Virus record (IMG/VR): IMGVR_UViG_3300030108_004141
Location: 1-64,000 of that record
Length of the DNA: 64,000 bases
Strand: one strand, 5' to 3'
DNA from: a virus
In this document: one piece after another, positions 20,527 through 29,999 of the stretch
Numbering within the stretch: the first letter of the stretch is position 1
Layout of the letters: every line of letters starts with the position of its first letter
The notes under the pieces: model-generated
What the model was told of the DNA's origin: nothing
The model's database searches: none
Seen by the model: only the letters and a program-made list of their open reading frames with translations
Position numbers and translations under genes: made by a program

Positions 20527-21600
20527 ATGAAGATTGCTGTTATAGGTGACCTACACTGGGGCGCACGTAATGACAATCAAGAGTTTCTAAATTATTTTCA
20601 GAGATTCTTTGATAATGTTTTCTTCCCTGAGTTGGAAGAGCGTGGTATTAGTAATGTTTTACAGGTCGGTGACTTCGTTGATCGCCGTAAATTTATTTCG
20701 TTCGTCACACTAAATCATGTGCGCGAAAAGATATTTGGTGAGTCACATAAGCGTGGTATCACTTGGGATATCTTAGTTGGTAATCATGATACACCATACA
20801 AAAATACAAATGAAATAAATTCATTACAAGAGTTGTTTTCTCAATATAAAGGAATCAACTTTTATCCAGATCCGACTGAAATTAATTTAGATGGTCTTGA
20901 TATCTTACTGCTGCCTTGGATCAATGTCAGCAACCAAGCAACGAGTATGAGAGCAATAAATGAAACGAAAGCTCAGGTTGCCTTTGGTCATTTAGAAATC
21001 AACGGATTTGAGATGCATCCTGGTGCAGTATGTGACCATGGCATTGAGGCTTCGATATTTAACAAGTTCGATATGGTTTGCTCAGGACACTTTCATAAAA
21101 AATCAAACTCATCGAATATATTCTACCTCGGAACACCATATCAAATTATGTGGACCGATTATAATCAGGAAAAAGGATTTTACATCTTTGACACTGATAC
21201 TCGTGACCTAGAATTTATCCCGAACCCATACACTTTATTTCATAAAGTTTGGTATGATGATGCAGGTAAAACATTAGAAAAGATACTATCGACTGATCTC
21301 GGACACCTAAGCAAAGCATATGTTAAAGTGATTGTCAAATCAAAGGAAAACCCATATTGGTTTGATCTCTTTATGAGCAAGATATATAATCTTGCACCGA
21401 TTGATGTTTCTATAGTAGACGACCATTATCATTTAGATGAAATATCAGAAGAAGATCTTGTCTCAGAGGCAGAGGATACATTGACAATCTTATCGAAATA
21501 TATTAATGAACTTGATTACAGTGTAGATAAGAAAGAACTAGATAATTTGATGCGTGGATTATATAATGAAGCTCTGACTCTGGAGACAATATATGATTGA
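20527..21600 (+). CDS. gp47: recombination nuclease gp47 (Mre11-like)
   Basis: DLHWG, GDFVDRR, GNHD, SGHFH. Confidence 0.95.
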   Translation: MKIAVIGDLHWGARNDNQEFLNYFQRFFDNVFFPELEERGISNVLQVGDFVDRRKFISFVTLNHVREKIFGESHKRGITWDILVGNHDTPYKNTNEINSLQELFSQYKGINFYPDPTEINLDGLDILLLPWINVSNQATSMRAINETKAQVAFGHLEINGFEMHPGAVCDHGIEASIFNKFDMVCSGHFHKKSNSSNIFYLGTPYQIMWTDYNQEKGFYIFDTDTRDLEFIPNPYTLFHKVWYDDAGKTLEKILSTDLGHLSKAYVKVIVKSKENPYWFDLFMSKIYNLAPIDVSIVDDHYHLDEISEEDLVSEAEDTLTILSKYINELDYSVDKKELDNLMRGLYNEALTLETIYD

Positions 21601-23299
21601 GTTCCACTTCGTTCGCTGGAAAAATTTTCTATCAACTGGTAATGTTTTCACTGAGGTCGATCTTCACCTTCATGATACCACTCTGATAACAGGAGAAAAT
21701 GGTGCAGGAAAATCTACCATACTCGATGCACTATGTTTCGGGTTGTATGGTAAACCTTTCAGAAAAGTCAAAAAGAACCAACTCATAAACTCTGTTAATA
21801 ATGGTGGCACAGTTGTAGAAGTTGAGTTTATGATAAATGGTAATGATTATAAAATTGTGCGTGGTATAAAACCTGCAATCTTAGACATATATCAAAATGG
21901 TAAACCTAAAGATCAAGCTGCTAATGTTCGTGACTCACAAGAGGATATCGAAAAAAATATATTGAGAATGAATCAGAAGTCATTCACCCAAATGGTCATA
22001 TTAGGATCCTCATCATTTATACCTTTCATGCAGCTTTCTACACATGTTCGGCGCGAGGTTATCGAGGACTTGTTAGATATCGGTGTGTTTTCTACTATGT
22101 CTGCATTACTGAAAGATAGAACGAGTGATAACAAACAAACACTCGCACTAACAGAAAAAGAAATACATGGTATCGACTCGATGATCGATATGCAAAAAGA
22201 GCAAAGCAAGTTCGACGAGGAGCGGCGAAAGTCCGAACTAGAAAGATGCGAAACGCGCATAGGTGAGATCGACTCAAACATAAAAAAAGTCGATGAGGAT
22301 ATTGAGGATATCAACAGCCAGATCACTGAACTCTATAACCAAATATCTGATGAGTCTAAGGTACATAAAAAATCAGATCGAATTTTAAAGCTCGAAACTG
22401 ATTTAGATAAAAAGAAAAAGAACGCATTAAAGGTAATAGATTTTTACAATAATAATGATAACTGCCCAACCTGCACTCAAAAGATTAGTGATGAAATCAA
22501 ATTAGAAAAAATTAAGGAACGAAACGATACTATCGCTGAACTTGATGATGGTATTGAAAAGCTAGCAAAAGAAATCGAAAAGATAAATGTTAGGACAAAT
22601 GAAATTAAGAAACTGCGTGAGGTTATCGAAAATAAAGAAACCGATCTTGTTAGAAGCAAACAAGCTAAGACAGCAGATGAGCGTGAGCGTTCTCTACTGT
22701 TTGGTAAAATCAAAGATCTTAACAACGAAGAGTTTACGCATACTGCAGATAAGCTGCTCGAACTCAATGAACAAAAATCAGAAAAGCTATCGGAGAAGGA
22801 GGGTCTTCTCAATAAGAAACAGATGTTCGAAATAGCTACATTGATTTTAAAAGACAGTGGGATCAAAGCGAAAATCATTAAGCAGTATGTACCAATCATA
22901 AATCAGCTGGTCAACAAATATCTAGCAGCTATGGACTTCTTCGTCAAATTTGAACTTGATGAAAACTTCAGTGAAAAGATTCTATCACGGCATCGCGATG
23001 ATTTTAGTTATGATTCTTTCAGTGAGGGTGAAAAGATGCGTATCGACTTGTCATTACTTTTCACTTGGCGCACCATAGCTAAAATGAAAAACAGTGCTAG
23101 CACGAACCTCTTGATTCTCGATGAGGTGTTTGATGCATCACTCGATACTAATGGTTGTGATGAGTTCCTTAAAATACTAGAAAAGCTCGAAAGCTCAAAT
23201 GTATTCGTGATATCTCACAAAGCAGATATTATGCAAGATAAGTTTCATAATCACATAAGGTTTGAAAAATATAAAAATTTCTCGAGGATAGCAGCATGA
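21593..23299 (+). CDS. gp46: recombination ATPase gp46 (Rad50-like)
   Basis: GENGAGKS, CPTC hook, FSEGEK, LDEVFD. Confidence 0.96.
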   Translation: MIEFHFVRWKNFLSTGNVFTEVDLHLHDTTLITGENGAGKSTILDALCFGLYGKPFRKVKKNQLINSVNNGGTVVEVEFMINGNDYKIVRGIKPAILDIYQNGKPKDQAANVRDSQEDIEKNILRMNQKSFTQMVILGSSSFIPFMQLSTHVRREVIEDLLDIGVFSTMSALLKDRTSDNKQTLALTEKEIHGIDSMIDMQKEQSKFDEERRKSELERCETRIGEIDSNIKKVDEDIEDINSQITELYNQISDESKVHKKSDRILKLETDLDKKKKNALKVIDFYNNNDNCPTCTQKISDEIKLEKIKERNDTIAELDDGIEKLAKEIEKINVRTNEIKKLREVIENKETDLVRSKQAKTADERERSLLFGKIKDLNNEEFTHTADKLLELNEQKSEKLSEKEGLLNKKQMFEIATLILKDSGIKAKIIKQYVPIINQLVNKYLAAMDFFVKFELDENFSEKILSRHRDDFSYDSFSEGEKMRIDLSLLFTWRTIAKMKNSASTNLLILDEVFDASLDTNGCDEFLKILEKLESSNVFVISHKADIMQDKFHNHIRFEKYKNFSRIAA

Positions 23300-23955
23300 A
23301 ATTTGTAGATTTAAAAAGAGAAGGATATCTGTTTGGGCAGATTCCGATAAACCTATACAAAGAAATAGATGCTGAAATACAAGAACTTCTCGATACCAAC
23401 TTTAATGGGGCAGAAACATTTGCCGATAGATTAGCTGGTGCGCTTGAGCATGAGTACCTTTTATGGAAATCACACATAGCAATGGAAGAATTTATAAACT
23501 CTGTTGCCGGAGAATATTTCAAAAACAGTATGTGGTTTGATCCTATAGGTAAAAAATTAAACTTAGATAGATATTGGTGTAACTTTCAAAAGAAAAATGA
23601 ATACAATCCTATACACACCCACAGTGGACATTTGAGTTTTGTCATTTGGCATAAAATTCCTTATGATGCTGCAGAGGAAGCGATGGCACCGAACAGGAGG
23701 CAGATAAACGGGAATCCTCTAGATTTATTTCAGTTCGTATTTCCAGATGCACATGCGAAGGGTGGTGTCAATAATCACAACCTACAAATAGACAAATCTT
23801 TTGAAGGAATGTTTGCACTATTTTCGAATGATCTTTCTCATGTTGTCTATCCATTTTATACGAGCGATGAGTGGAGAATATCTCTTTCGGGCAACTTAAC
23901 TGTCAGAGATGAGAGCAATGAAATAATTAGATATGTTGGGAGATCTGAGCAATGA
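23296..23955 (+). CDS. putative 2OG-Fe(II) oxygenase
   Basis: WCNFQKKNEYNPIHTH, LSHVVYPF, RISLSGN. Confidence 0.75.
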   Translation: MKFVDLKREGYLFGQIPINLYKEIDAEIQELLDTNFNGAETFADRLAGALEHEYLLWKSHIAMEEFINSVAGEYFKNSMWFDPIGKKLNLDRYWCNFQKKNEYNPIHTHSGHLSFVIWHKIPYDAAEEAMAPNRRQINGNPLDLFQFVFPDAHAKGGVNNHNLQIDKSFEGMFALFSNDLSHVVYPFYTSDEWRISLSGNLTVRDESNEIIRYVGRSEQ

Positions 23956-24380
23956 TTGAAATAAAAGGTCATGACCGTAAACTATTACACATCGTGTATA
24001 GGCTTTTTGATTTGAAAGTAGCGAAACGTCACGAGGTCATAGATGCAAATAATTTTCTACAGCTTGCTGCTTTAAATATGCCAAAAGGTAAAACATTTGA
24101 GCCTCATAAACATATTTGGAAAGACGGTGAGAGAGAAGTTATAGCGCAAGAAGCGTGGGTGGTTATAAAGGGAAAGGTCGAGGTTTCTTATTTCAATGAG
24201 CTAGGATACCCCATACAGAAAGAAATACTCGAGGAGGGTGATGTATCGATAACACTTCATGGCGGTCACACATACACTATTCTCGAAGATGCATTAGTTT
24301 ATGAGTTCAAAACAGGTCCATATACTGGCCAAGAAAATGATAAGATATTTTTGAAAGAGCTAGATTATCCAATATTATGA
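23952..24380 (+). CDS. cupin-fold protein (WbuC-like)
   Basis: PHKH, QEAWVVIKG, GGH, YEFKTGPY. Confidence 0.7.
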   Translation: MIEIKGHDRKLLHIVYRLFDLKVAKRHEVIDANNFLQLAALNMPKGKTFEPHKHIWKDGEREVIAQEAWVVIKGKVEVSYFNELGYPIQKEILEEGDVSITLHGGHTYTILEDALVYEFKTGPYTGQENDKIFLKELDYPIL

Positions 24381-25072
24381 CAAACGTAACTATTCGAGGT
24401 GGCATAGGAACTCAGGTTCTTGGCTTCGTTATAAATTTAGCAAGGTATGGTGATAAGATTACTTCCGTGTCATACAACACAGGCAACTATCCTGCTGAGC
24501 AAAGAAAGATAATGAAAGCTGGTTCAGTTCAGGAATATATAGATAAGTGTTTGGATATTATATTTCCGATAGAATACAATAATGTTCCGAATGGTAAAAC
24601 TATTTTGAATGATAAATCTATAGAGCATGCGCTGAAGAACATTACAAGAGCTATATTTTTTGCAGGTCCGAAAAGAGCTGAGGGTTTTGATAGACCGATT
24701 TTACATGTGCGTAAACACGATTATGATACATTATCAGACCAAAGTTATTTTGATTTGATAACAAAGTATGATTGCGAAAATATAGTCACAGACAGTGTCG
24801 ACCACTGCAAAAAGTTCGGTCTGAACTATACAGATGAACCTGAAAATACTATCGGTGACTGGCTTAAACTTGCCAACTCTCGCACTACTTGTGTTGGACC
24901 GTTTTCTACATTTACTCTCATGGCAGCATATTTTAATCCAGCACTCGAACTAAAGGTTGTCGAACCTCAAGAGGCGAACGGTCATGTTTGGGGTGGGAAC
25001 GAGCGTATTGAGTCAGGTAAGAGGCATCTTGCCTTATTTGTTAAGCATTTATCTAATGTGAGCTACGCATGA
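24377..25072 (+). CDS. putative glycosyltransferase, GT11-like
   Basis: GGIGTQ (cf. GGLGNQ), HVRKHDY (cf. HxRRGDY), STFT..AAY (cf. STFSWWAAY). Confidence 0.65.
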   Translation: MTNVTIRGGIGTQVLGFVINLARYGDKITSVSYNTGNYPAEQRKIMKAGSVQEYIDKCLDIIFPIEYNNVPNGKTILNDKSIEHALKNITRAIFFAGPKRAEGFDRPILHVRKHDYDTLSDQSYFDLITKYDCENIVTDSVDHCKKFGLNYTDEPENTIGDWLKLANSRTTCVGPFSTFTLMAAYFNPALELKVVEPQEANGHVWGGNERIESGKRHLALFVKHLSNVSYA

Positions 25073-25692
25073 AAATACTATTATTCTTAGGAGCGGCATG
25101 TCCCTTTGGTACAGAGGTCCATAAACATTTGAGCAACAAGGGTCATGACATAACGTATGAATGGGCGACTGGGCGTGGACAAAAGGTATCAGAGTCTGCT
25201 CTCGAATGGGAAGGTGATCTGATTATTTCTTTTCTGAACTATATCATCCTACCAAAAGAAATATTGGAAAAAGCACCTGCGATAAACTTTCACCCTGGAC
25301 CACCTGAGCATCCAGGAAGTGGTTGTATGAGCTGGGGGTTATACTCAGGACAAAAGATTTATGGCGTCACTGTCCATGAGGTAAATGAAGAAGTCGACGG
25401 TGGTAAGATTTTGAAGGTTCGTCGATTTGATATTTCTGATTGTAAGTCGAGAGAAGAGCTTGAGCATAAAGCCAAAACTGAGTTGCTCACACTTTTCTAT
25501 GAGTATACAGAATACACTGAGTGGCCACGCAAAGCAAGGAAGATTAGCGAAATTGATGTAGCATCAGAACTCGAAAGACATGCGAATACAGATGAGGTCA
25601 ATAAAAAGATCAGAGCATTTCATACAGAAAAGAATCCAGTTTATGTAATGATTGATGGCAAGAGGTTTGAATATGTTCCAAAAAGTGACTGA
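25069..25692 (+). CDS. formyltransferase (N10-formyl-THF dependent)
   Basis: INFHPGPPEHPG, GVTVHEVNEEVDGGKIL. Confidence 0.85.
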   Translation: MKILLFLGAACPFGTEVHKHLSNKGHDITYEWATGRGQKVSESALEWEGDLIISFLNYIILPKEILEKAPAINFHPGPPEHPGSGCMSWGLYSGQKIYGVTVHEVNEEVDGGKILKVRRFDISDCKSREELEHKAKTELLTLFYEYTEYTEWPRKARKISEIDVASELERHANTDEVNKKIRAFHTEKNPVYVMIDGKRFEYVPKSD

Positions 25693-26263
25693 GTTTGAAC
25701 AAAGGGTTGCTGAGTTCTTTGGTGCGCCATATGCTGTCGCAGTAGATTCATGTACCCATGGAGTAGAACTTTGCCTGAGGTATAAAAACTCATCATACAT
25801 GTTCGTTCCTGTTCGCACATACTTATCAATCCCTATGTTAGCTAAAAAACTCAACATACAGTTTTATTGGTCTAATGAGCCATGGGAAAACTATTATGAG
25901 CTCATAGATAAAATATATGACGCTGCAGTTTTATGGGAGCGCGATAGCTATATTCCAGGAACGATGATGTCGCTCAGTTTTCAGTTTCAGAAACATCTCA
26001 GCCTTGGCAGAGGTGGTATGATACTGCTTGATGATAAAGAAGCTCATGAAGAGCTGATTCGTATGAGTTATGACGGTCGTGACCGCGATATGCCTTGGCG
26101 TGATCAGAATGTCAAAACACATGGATATCATTATTATATGACACCTGAAACTGCGATCACTGGAATAGAACGATTGGAAGATGCTATAAATAGAAAGCCG
26201 AAACAGTGGGTCATGAGTGATTGGCCAAATTTATCTTTGATGGAGGTATTTCGTAATGGCTAA
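25673..26263 (+). CDS. DegT/DnrJ-family PLP sugar aminotransferase, compact form
   Basis: VAVDSCTHG, YDAA, SFQFQK (catalytic Lys), GRGGM; only ~196 aa. Confidence 0.85.
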   Translation: MFQKVTEFEQRVAEFFGAPYAVAVDSCTHGVELCLRYKNSSYMFVPVRTYLSIPMLAKKLNIQFYWSNEPWENYYELIDKIYDAAVLWERDSYIPGTMMSLSFQFQKHLSLGRGGMILLDDKEAHEELIRMSYDGRDRDMPWRDQNVKTHGYHYYMTPETAITGIERLEDAINRKPKQWVMSDWPNLSLMEVFRNG

Positions 26264-27221
26264 AGCATTAATCACAGGTATCAGTGGACAAGATGGGAGT
26301 TATCTAACCGAGTATCTTCTAGAACTAGGATACGATGTCTATGGTATAGTTCGCCGCCATAGTGTCGCAGAAAATCAAAGCGCAAGGTTGGTTGATACCA
26401 ATCACAGAATTAAAACATTCTATGGTGACCTGACCGATGAGTTATCTCTGTATCGGATTGTTGAAGAGGTAAAGCCAGACGAGGTTTACAATCTCGCTGC
26501 TATGAGTCATGTGCGAATCAGCACCGATATGCCAGCTTTCACGATAAAAACTAACTCGCTGGGTGTTCTAAATATGCTAGAGGTGGTGCGAACAGTTGTA
26601 CCGAAAGCAAGGTTCTATCAAGCATCATCAAGTGAGATGTTTGGTAACTCTATCGAGCCAGGAGGTATGCAAACTCTAACGACTCCGATGCATCCTGTCA
26701 GCCCATACGGTTGTTCAAAGGTATTAGGATACAACTTGGTTCGGCATTATCGTAATGGTTTCAAAATGCATGCTTGTAATGGTATCTTGTTCAATCACGA
26801 GTCACCTCGTCGGGGAACAAACTTTGTAACTAATAAGGTTGTGAAAACTGCGGTTCAGATCAAGAAGGGTATGGTCGACAAACTCGAGCTAGGAAATATG
26901 GATAGTTGCCGCGATTGGGGTCACAGTTATGATTACGTTCGGGGAATGCATAAGATAATTAATCACGAGGTTCCAGATGACTTCATTATCGCCACTGGTG
27001 ACACTTACTCTGTTAGAGATATGTGTGATCATGTTTTTTCTCGTCTCGATATGGATTATAAAGATTACGTGGTCCAAAATCCGAAGTATATGCGACCGGA
27101 AGAGCTAAAGTATCTTCGGGGTGATTCATCTAAGATTCGTGAAACTTTGGGTTGGGAGCCAACTTACACGTTTGCCTCTATGCTAGATGAGATGATTGAA
27201 CATTGGATGGAAAAGATATGA
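26256..27221 (+). CDS. gmd: GDP-mannose 4,6-dehydratase
   Basis: ITGISGQDGSYL, YQASSSEMFG, YGCSK, LFNHESPRRG, RDWGH. Confidence 0.95.
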   Translation: MAKALITGISGQDGSYLTEYLLELGYDVYGIVRRHSVAENQSARLVDTNHRIKTFYGDLTDELSLYRIVEEVKPDEVYNLAAMSHVRISTDMPAFTIKTNSLGVLNMLEVVRTVVPKARFYQASSSEMFGNSIEPGGMQTLTTPMHPVSPYGCSKVLGYNLVRHYRNGFKMHACNGILFNHESPRRGTNFVTNKVVKTAVQIKKGMVDKLELGNMDSCRDWGHSYDYVRGMHKIINHEVPDDFIIATGDTYSVRDMCDHVFSRLDMDYKDYVVQNPKYMRPEELKYLRGDSSKIRETLGWEPTYTFASMLDEMIEHWMEKI

Positions 27222-27730
27222 GCATTGTCACGAAGATTGCAGACCTTCGGGTCAAATCAGAAAGGTTTGACTTCGAAACTGATAACGCGACTGAGTTATA
27301 CGAAAAGCTCCGAGACGCTATGTGCGAAAATAATGGGATAGGGTTATCGGCGATACAGCTCGGGATACCCAAAAGAGTGTTTGTGATAGGTAATCCGGAT
27401 CAGCCCGATGAAGTAATGCCGTTCTTCAATCCGATTATAGTTGACACATATGGTGAAAAGATACAGTATGAAGAGGGTTGTTTATCGTTTCCTGGTCTTT
27501 TTCTGAGAGTGAATAGATTGGATAACTGTCGGGTTCGATACGCTAATATTAACGGTGAGGTCGCCACTAATCAGTTCAGAGGGATCACATCGAGGGTAAT
27601 ACAGCATGAATATGATCATTTAGATGGTATTTTATACACCTCGAGAACGAATAGGGTCTATTTAGATCAGGCACGCCGAAAACAGAAAAAAATGAACAGA
27701 ATTAGGAAAAAAGAGAAAAAAGTCGCTTAG
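27218..27730 (+). CDS. def: peptide deformylase
   Basis: GIGLSAIQ, EGCLS, QHEYDHLDG. Confidence 0.95.
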   Translation: MSIVTKIADLRVKSERFDFETDNATELYEKLRDAMCENNGIGLSAIQLGIPKRVFVIGNPDQPDEVMPFFNPIIVDTYGEKIQYEEGCLSFPGLFLRVNRLDNCRVRYANINGEVATNQFRGITSRVIQHEYDHLDGILYTSRTNRVYLDQARRKQKKMNRIRKKEKKVA

Positions 27731-27731
27731 T

Positions 27732-27764
27732 TCCCTTTACAATATGAAAATCATGTGATAGAAT
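27732..27764 (+). promoter_or_regulatory. sigma70-type promoter, TCCM family
   Basis: TCCC TTTACA-N17-TAGAAT-N6-ATG. Confidence 0.75.
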
Positions 27765-27770
27765 GGGTAC

Positions 27771-29918
27771 ATGATTGGAGAGAGAGCTATGAAAGATACC
27801 GTTTCTTCGTACGACCCAGCAAATCTTGAAAAACTAGCGAGTTTGCTTGCTACCGAAGATCTTATCGTTGAGCATGCTGCAGTTCCTACTGCGTCATTTG
27901 ATCTAAAAAATCGTAAGGTCGTTTTGCCTACATGGAGAGAGATGAACAAGTCTCTGTACCATATGTTAGTTTTGCATGAAATAGGTCATGCTCTTTATAC
28001 ACCCTTTGAAGAGTTCAAGGGTCACGTCGATGATAACGATAGAAATCTCAAGGATTATATCAATGTCATCGAAGATGCTCGTATTGAGCGTAAGATCAAG
28101 ATCACTTATCCTGGTTCACGGAAAGATTTTAATGAGGGTTACAATACCCTCAATGAGCGTGACTTCTTTGGTTGCTTAGAGCGCGACCCAAGTTCTCTCA
28201 ACCTGATTGATCGTATTAACTTATATTTCAAACTCGGCTCTCGTGTGCATATAGAGTTTGCCCCAGAAGAGCAGATTTTTGTAGATGAGGCTGAAAGAAC
28301 TGTAACATTTCAGGATGTAGTTGCCCTCGCCAAAAAAATATATGAATATGCCCAAGAACAAGCTGAAACTGCTCAGGAGCATCAAAATAACTCAGATGAC
28401 CCCGATGAATGGGATGATTGGGATATAACTAATCCTGATTCTCAAGAAGGCGAAGAAGAAGATAGTGAAGAGGGCAGCGATGGAGAGGGCAGCGATGGAG
28501 AGGGCGACCAAGTAGAAACATCCGAAGATTCAGAGGGTTCTGAGGGTCCTCAGGTAAAGACCGAAGAGCATGAGGGTGGTCACGGTATCTCTGCTCAAAC
28601 CGTTTCTGAGTTCGAGCGCAACATGACAGAGCGAATGGTTATGGATGATGCTCGCGCTCCTGAATATTATGATATCGACCTCAGGAAATTAGATTACAAA
28701 AAAATTGTAATCGATTTCAAATCTGTTATCAAGGAGTTCCAATATGCAACGGAAAGCAGACTTCCTGAGGATGATAACGATGCTATATGGAAATGGTTTT
28801 TGCAAAAAAATAAAAACAGCGTCAACTATCTCGTAAAAGAGTTTGAGATGAAGAAAGCTGCCGAGCAGTATTCACGAGCAAAAACTGATAAGACTGGTAA
28901 AGTGGATCCAAACAAGCTGTTCAATTATAAGTTCAGTGATGATATCTTCTTGCGCAATACAGTTATGCCAGGAGCCAAAAGTCATGGACTTGTGCTGTTT
29001 TTAGATTTATCTGGATCAATGTGTGAAAATATGTTGGGAACGGTATCTCAGCTCTTGTGTCTAACTATGTTTTGTCGCAAAGCTGGTATCCCCCACCGAG
29101 TTTATGGTTTTACAGATTGCTGGTTCAATAGAGAACGCATTATTCCTCCGGCTGGGGATACTCTACTCAGTATAGCAACTCACAATTTCAAAGGAGCTAG
29201 AAATGATAAAGTCAGATTGCTTGAGTTCTTTACTGAAAAAATGAAAAATCAAGATTTTATGTTTATGGCTAAAAATCTTCTCGAGATCGGTTTCGCTCAC
29301 AATTATCGATATAGTTGGTCTCGTAAAAGCTATCCTGAAGGTCTCGATGATGCTACAGTTCCTACCAACTATTCGCTGCCTCTTGGAGGAACACCCTTAA
29401 ATGAATGTCTAGCCTATGCGAGAAACCTGATAGAGGACTTCCGCAAAGAAACCAATTCTGAGATAGCTAATTTTGTATGCCTGACAGATGGCGGCTCTAA
29501 TAGTTTAGATGCTAGATGGGGGATTGCTCGTGATAAAGAAACTCGTATGCAGTCCGATTTTAACAGACATCATAATCAAACTGAGTTTTTGCTGAAAATT
29601 TTGAAAAAAACTTGTGGTGTCCATGCCATAAACTTTTACATCAGTCCTGATCGCAGACCATGGTCTATTTCTTATGAGAATCTTAATGTACAAGAAAGGT
29701 TCCGTAAAGAAAAAATGGTCACTACTCATAACTGGTTAGGATTTGATGATGTTCACACTATCATGGGCGGGAAGGCTCTGAACCATAAAGAGGTATCTAT
29801 CGACGACGCCAAAAAGATACAAAAAGGTGCATTGGCTCGTACTATGATAAAAATGGGTGGTAACAGACGTGGTTCCCGTGTTATCTTGAGTAAGTTTATC
29901 GACCGTATCGCTGCATAA
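27771..29918 (+). CDS. HExxH peptidase-like + VWA domain protein (CobT-like)
   Basis: LHEIGH, NVIEDARIE, acidic linker, MIDAS DLSGS, GGTPL, LTDG. Confidence 0.85.
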   Translation: MIGERAMKDTVSSYDPANLEKLASLLATEDLIVEHAAVPTASFDLKNRKVVLPTWREMNKSLYHMLVLHEIGHALYTPFEEFKGHVDDNDRNLKDYINVIEDARIERKIKITYPGSRKDFNEGYNTLNERDFFGCLERDPSSLNLIDRINLYFKLGSRVHIEFAPEEQIFVDEAERTVTFQDVVALAKKIYEYAQEQAETAQEHQNNSDDPDEWDDWDITNPDSQEGEEEDSEEGSDGEGSDGEGDQVETSEDSEGSEGPQVKTEEHEGGHGISAQTVSEFERNMTERMVMDDARAPEYYDIDLRKLDYKKIVIDFKSVIKEFQYATESRLPEDDNDAIWKWFLQKNKNSVNYLVKEFEMKKAAEQYSRAKTDKTGKVDPNKLFNYKFSDDIFLRNTVMPGAKSHGLVLFLDLSGSMCENMLGTVSQLLCLTMFCRKAGIPHRVYGFTDCWFNRERIIPPAGDTLLSIATHNFKGARNDKVRLLEFFTEKMKNQDFMFMAKNLLEIGFAHNYRYSWSRKSYPEGLDDATVPTNYSLPLGGTPLNECLAYARNLIEDFRKETNSEIANFVCLTDGGSNSLDARWGIARDKETRMQSDFNRHHNQTEFLLKILKKTCGVHAINFYISPDRRPWSISYENLNVQERFRKEKMVTTHNWLGFDDVHTIMGGKALNHKEVSIDDAKKIQKGALARTMIKMGGNRRGSRVILSKFIDRIAA

Positions 29919-29930
29919 AAATATAAAAAG

Positions 29931-29963
29931 TCCATTGCGATATTCGGTTTTATGTGATACAAT
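29931..29963 (+). promoter_or_regulatory. sigma70-type promoter, TCCM family
   Basis: TCCA TTGCGA-N17-TACAAT-N6-ATG. Confidence 0.75.
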
Positions 29964-29999
29964 GTATATATGATGAGTTCAGTGAGAGGAGAATATATT

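Noticed and set aside
28470-28505. 15-nt tandem duplication (EGSDG)
   Set aside because: Ordinary slippage in a low-complexity acidic linker
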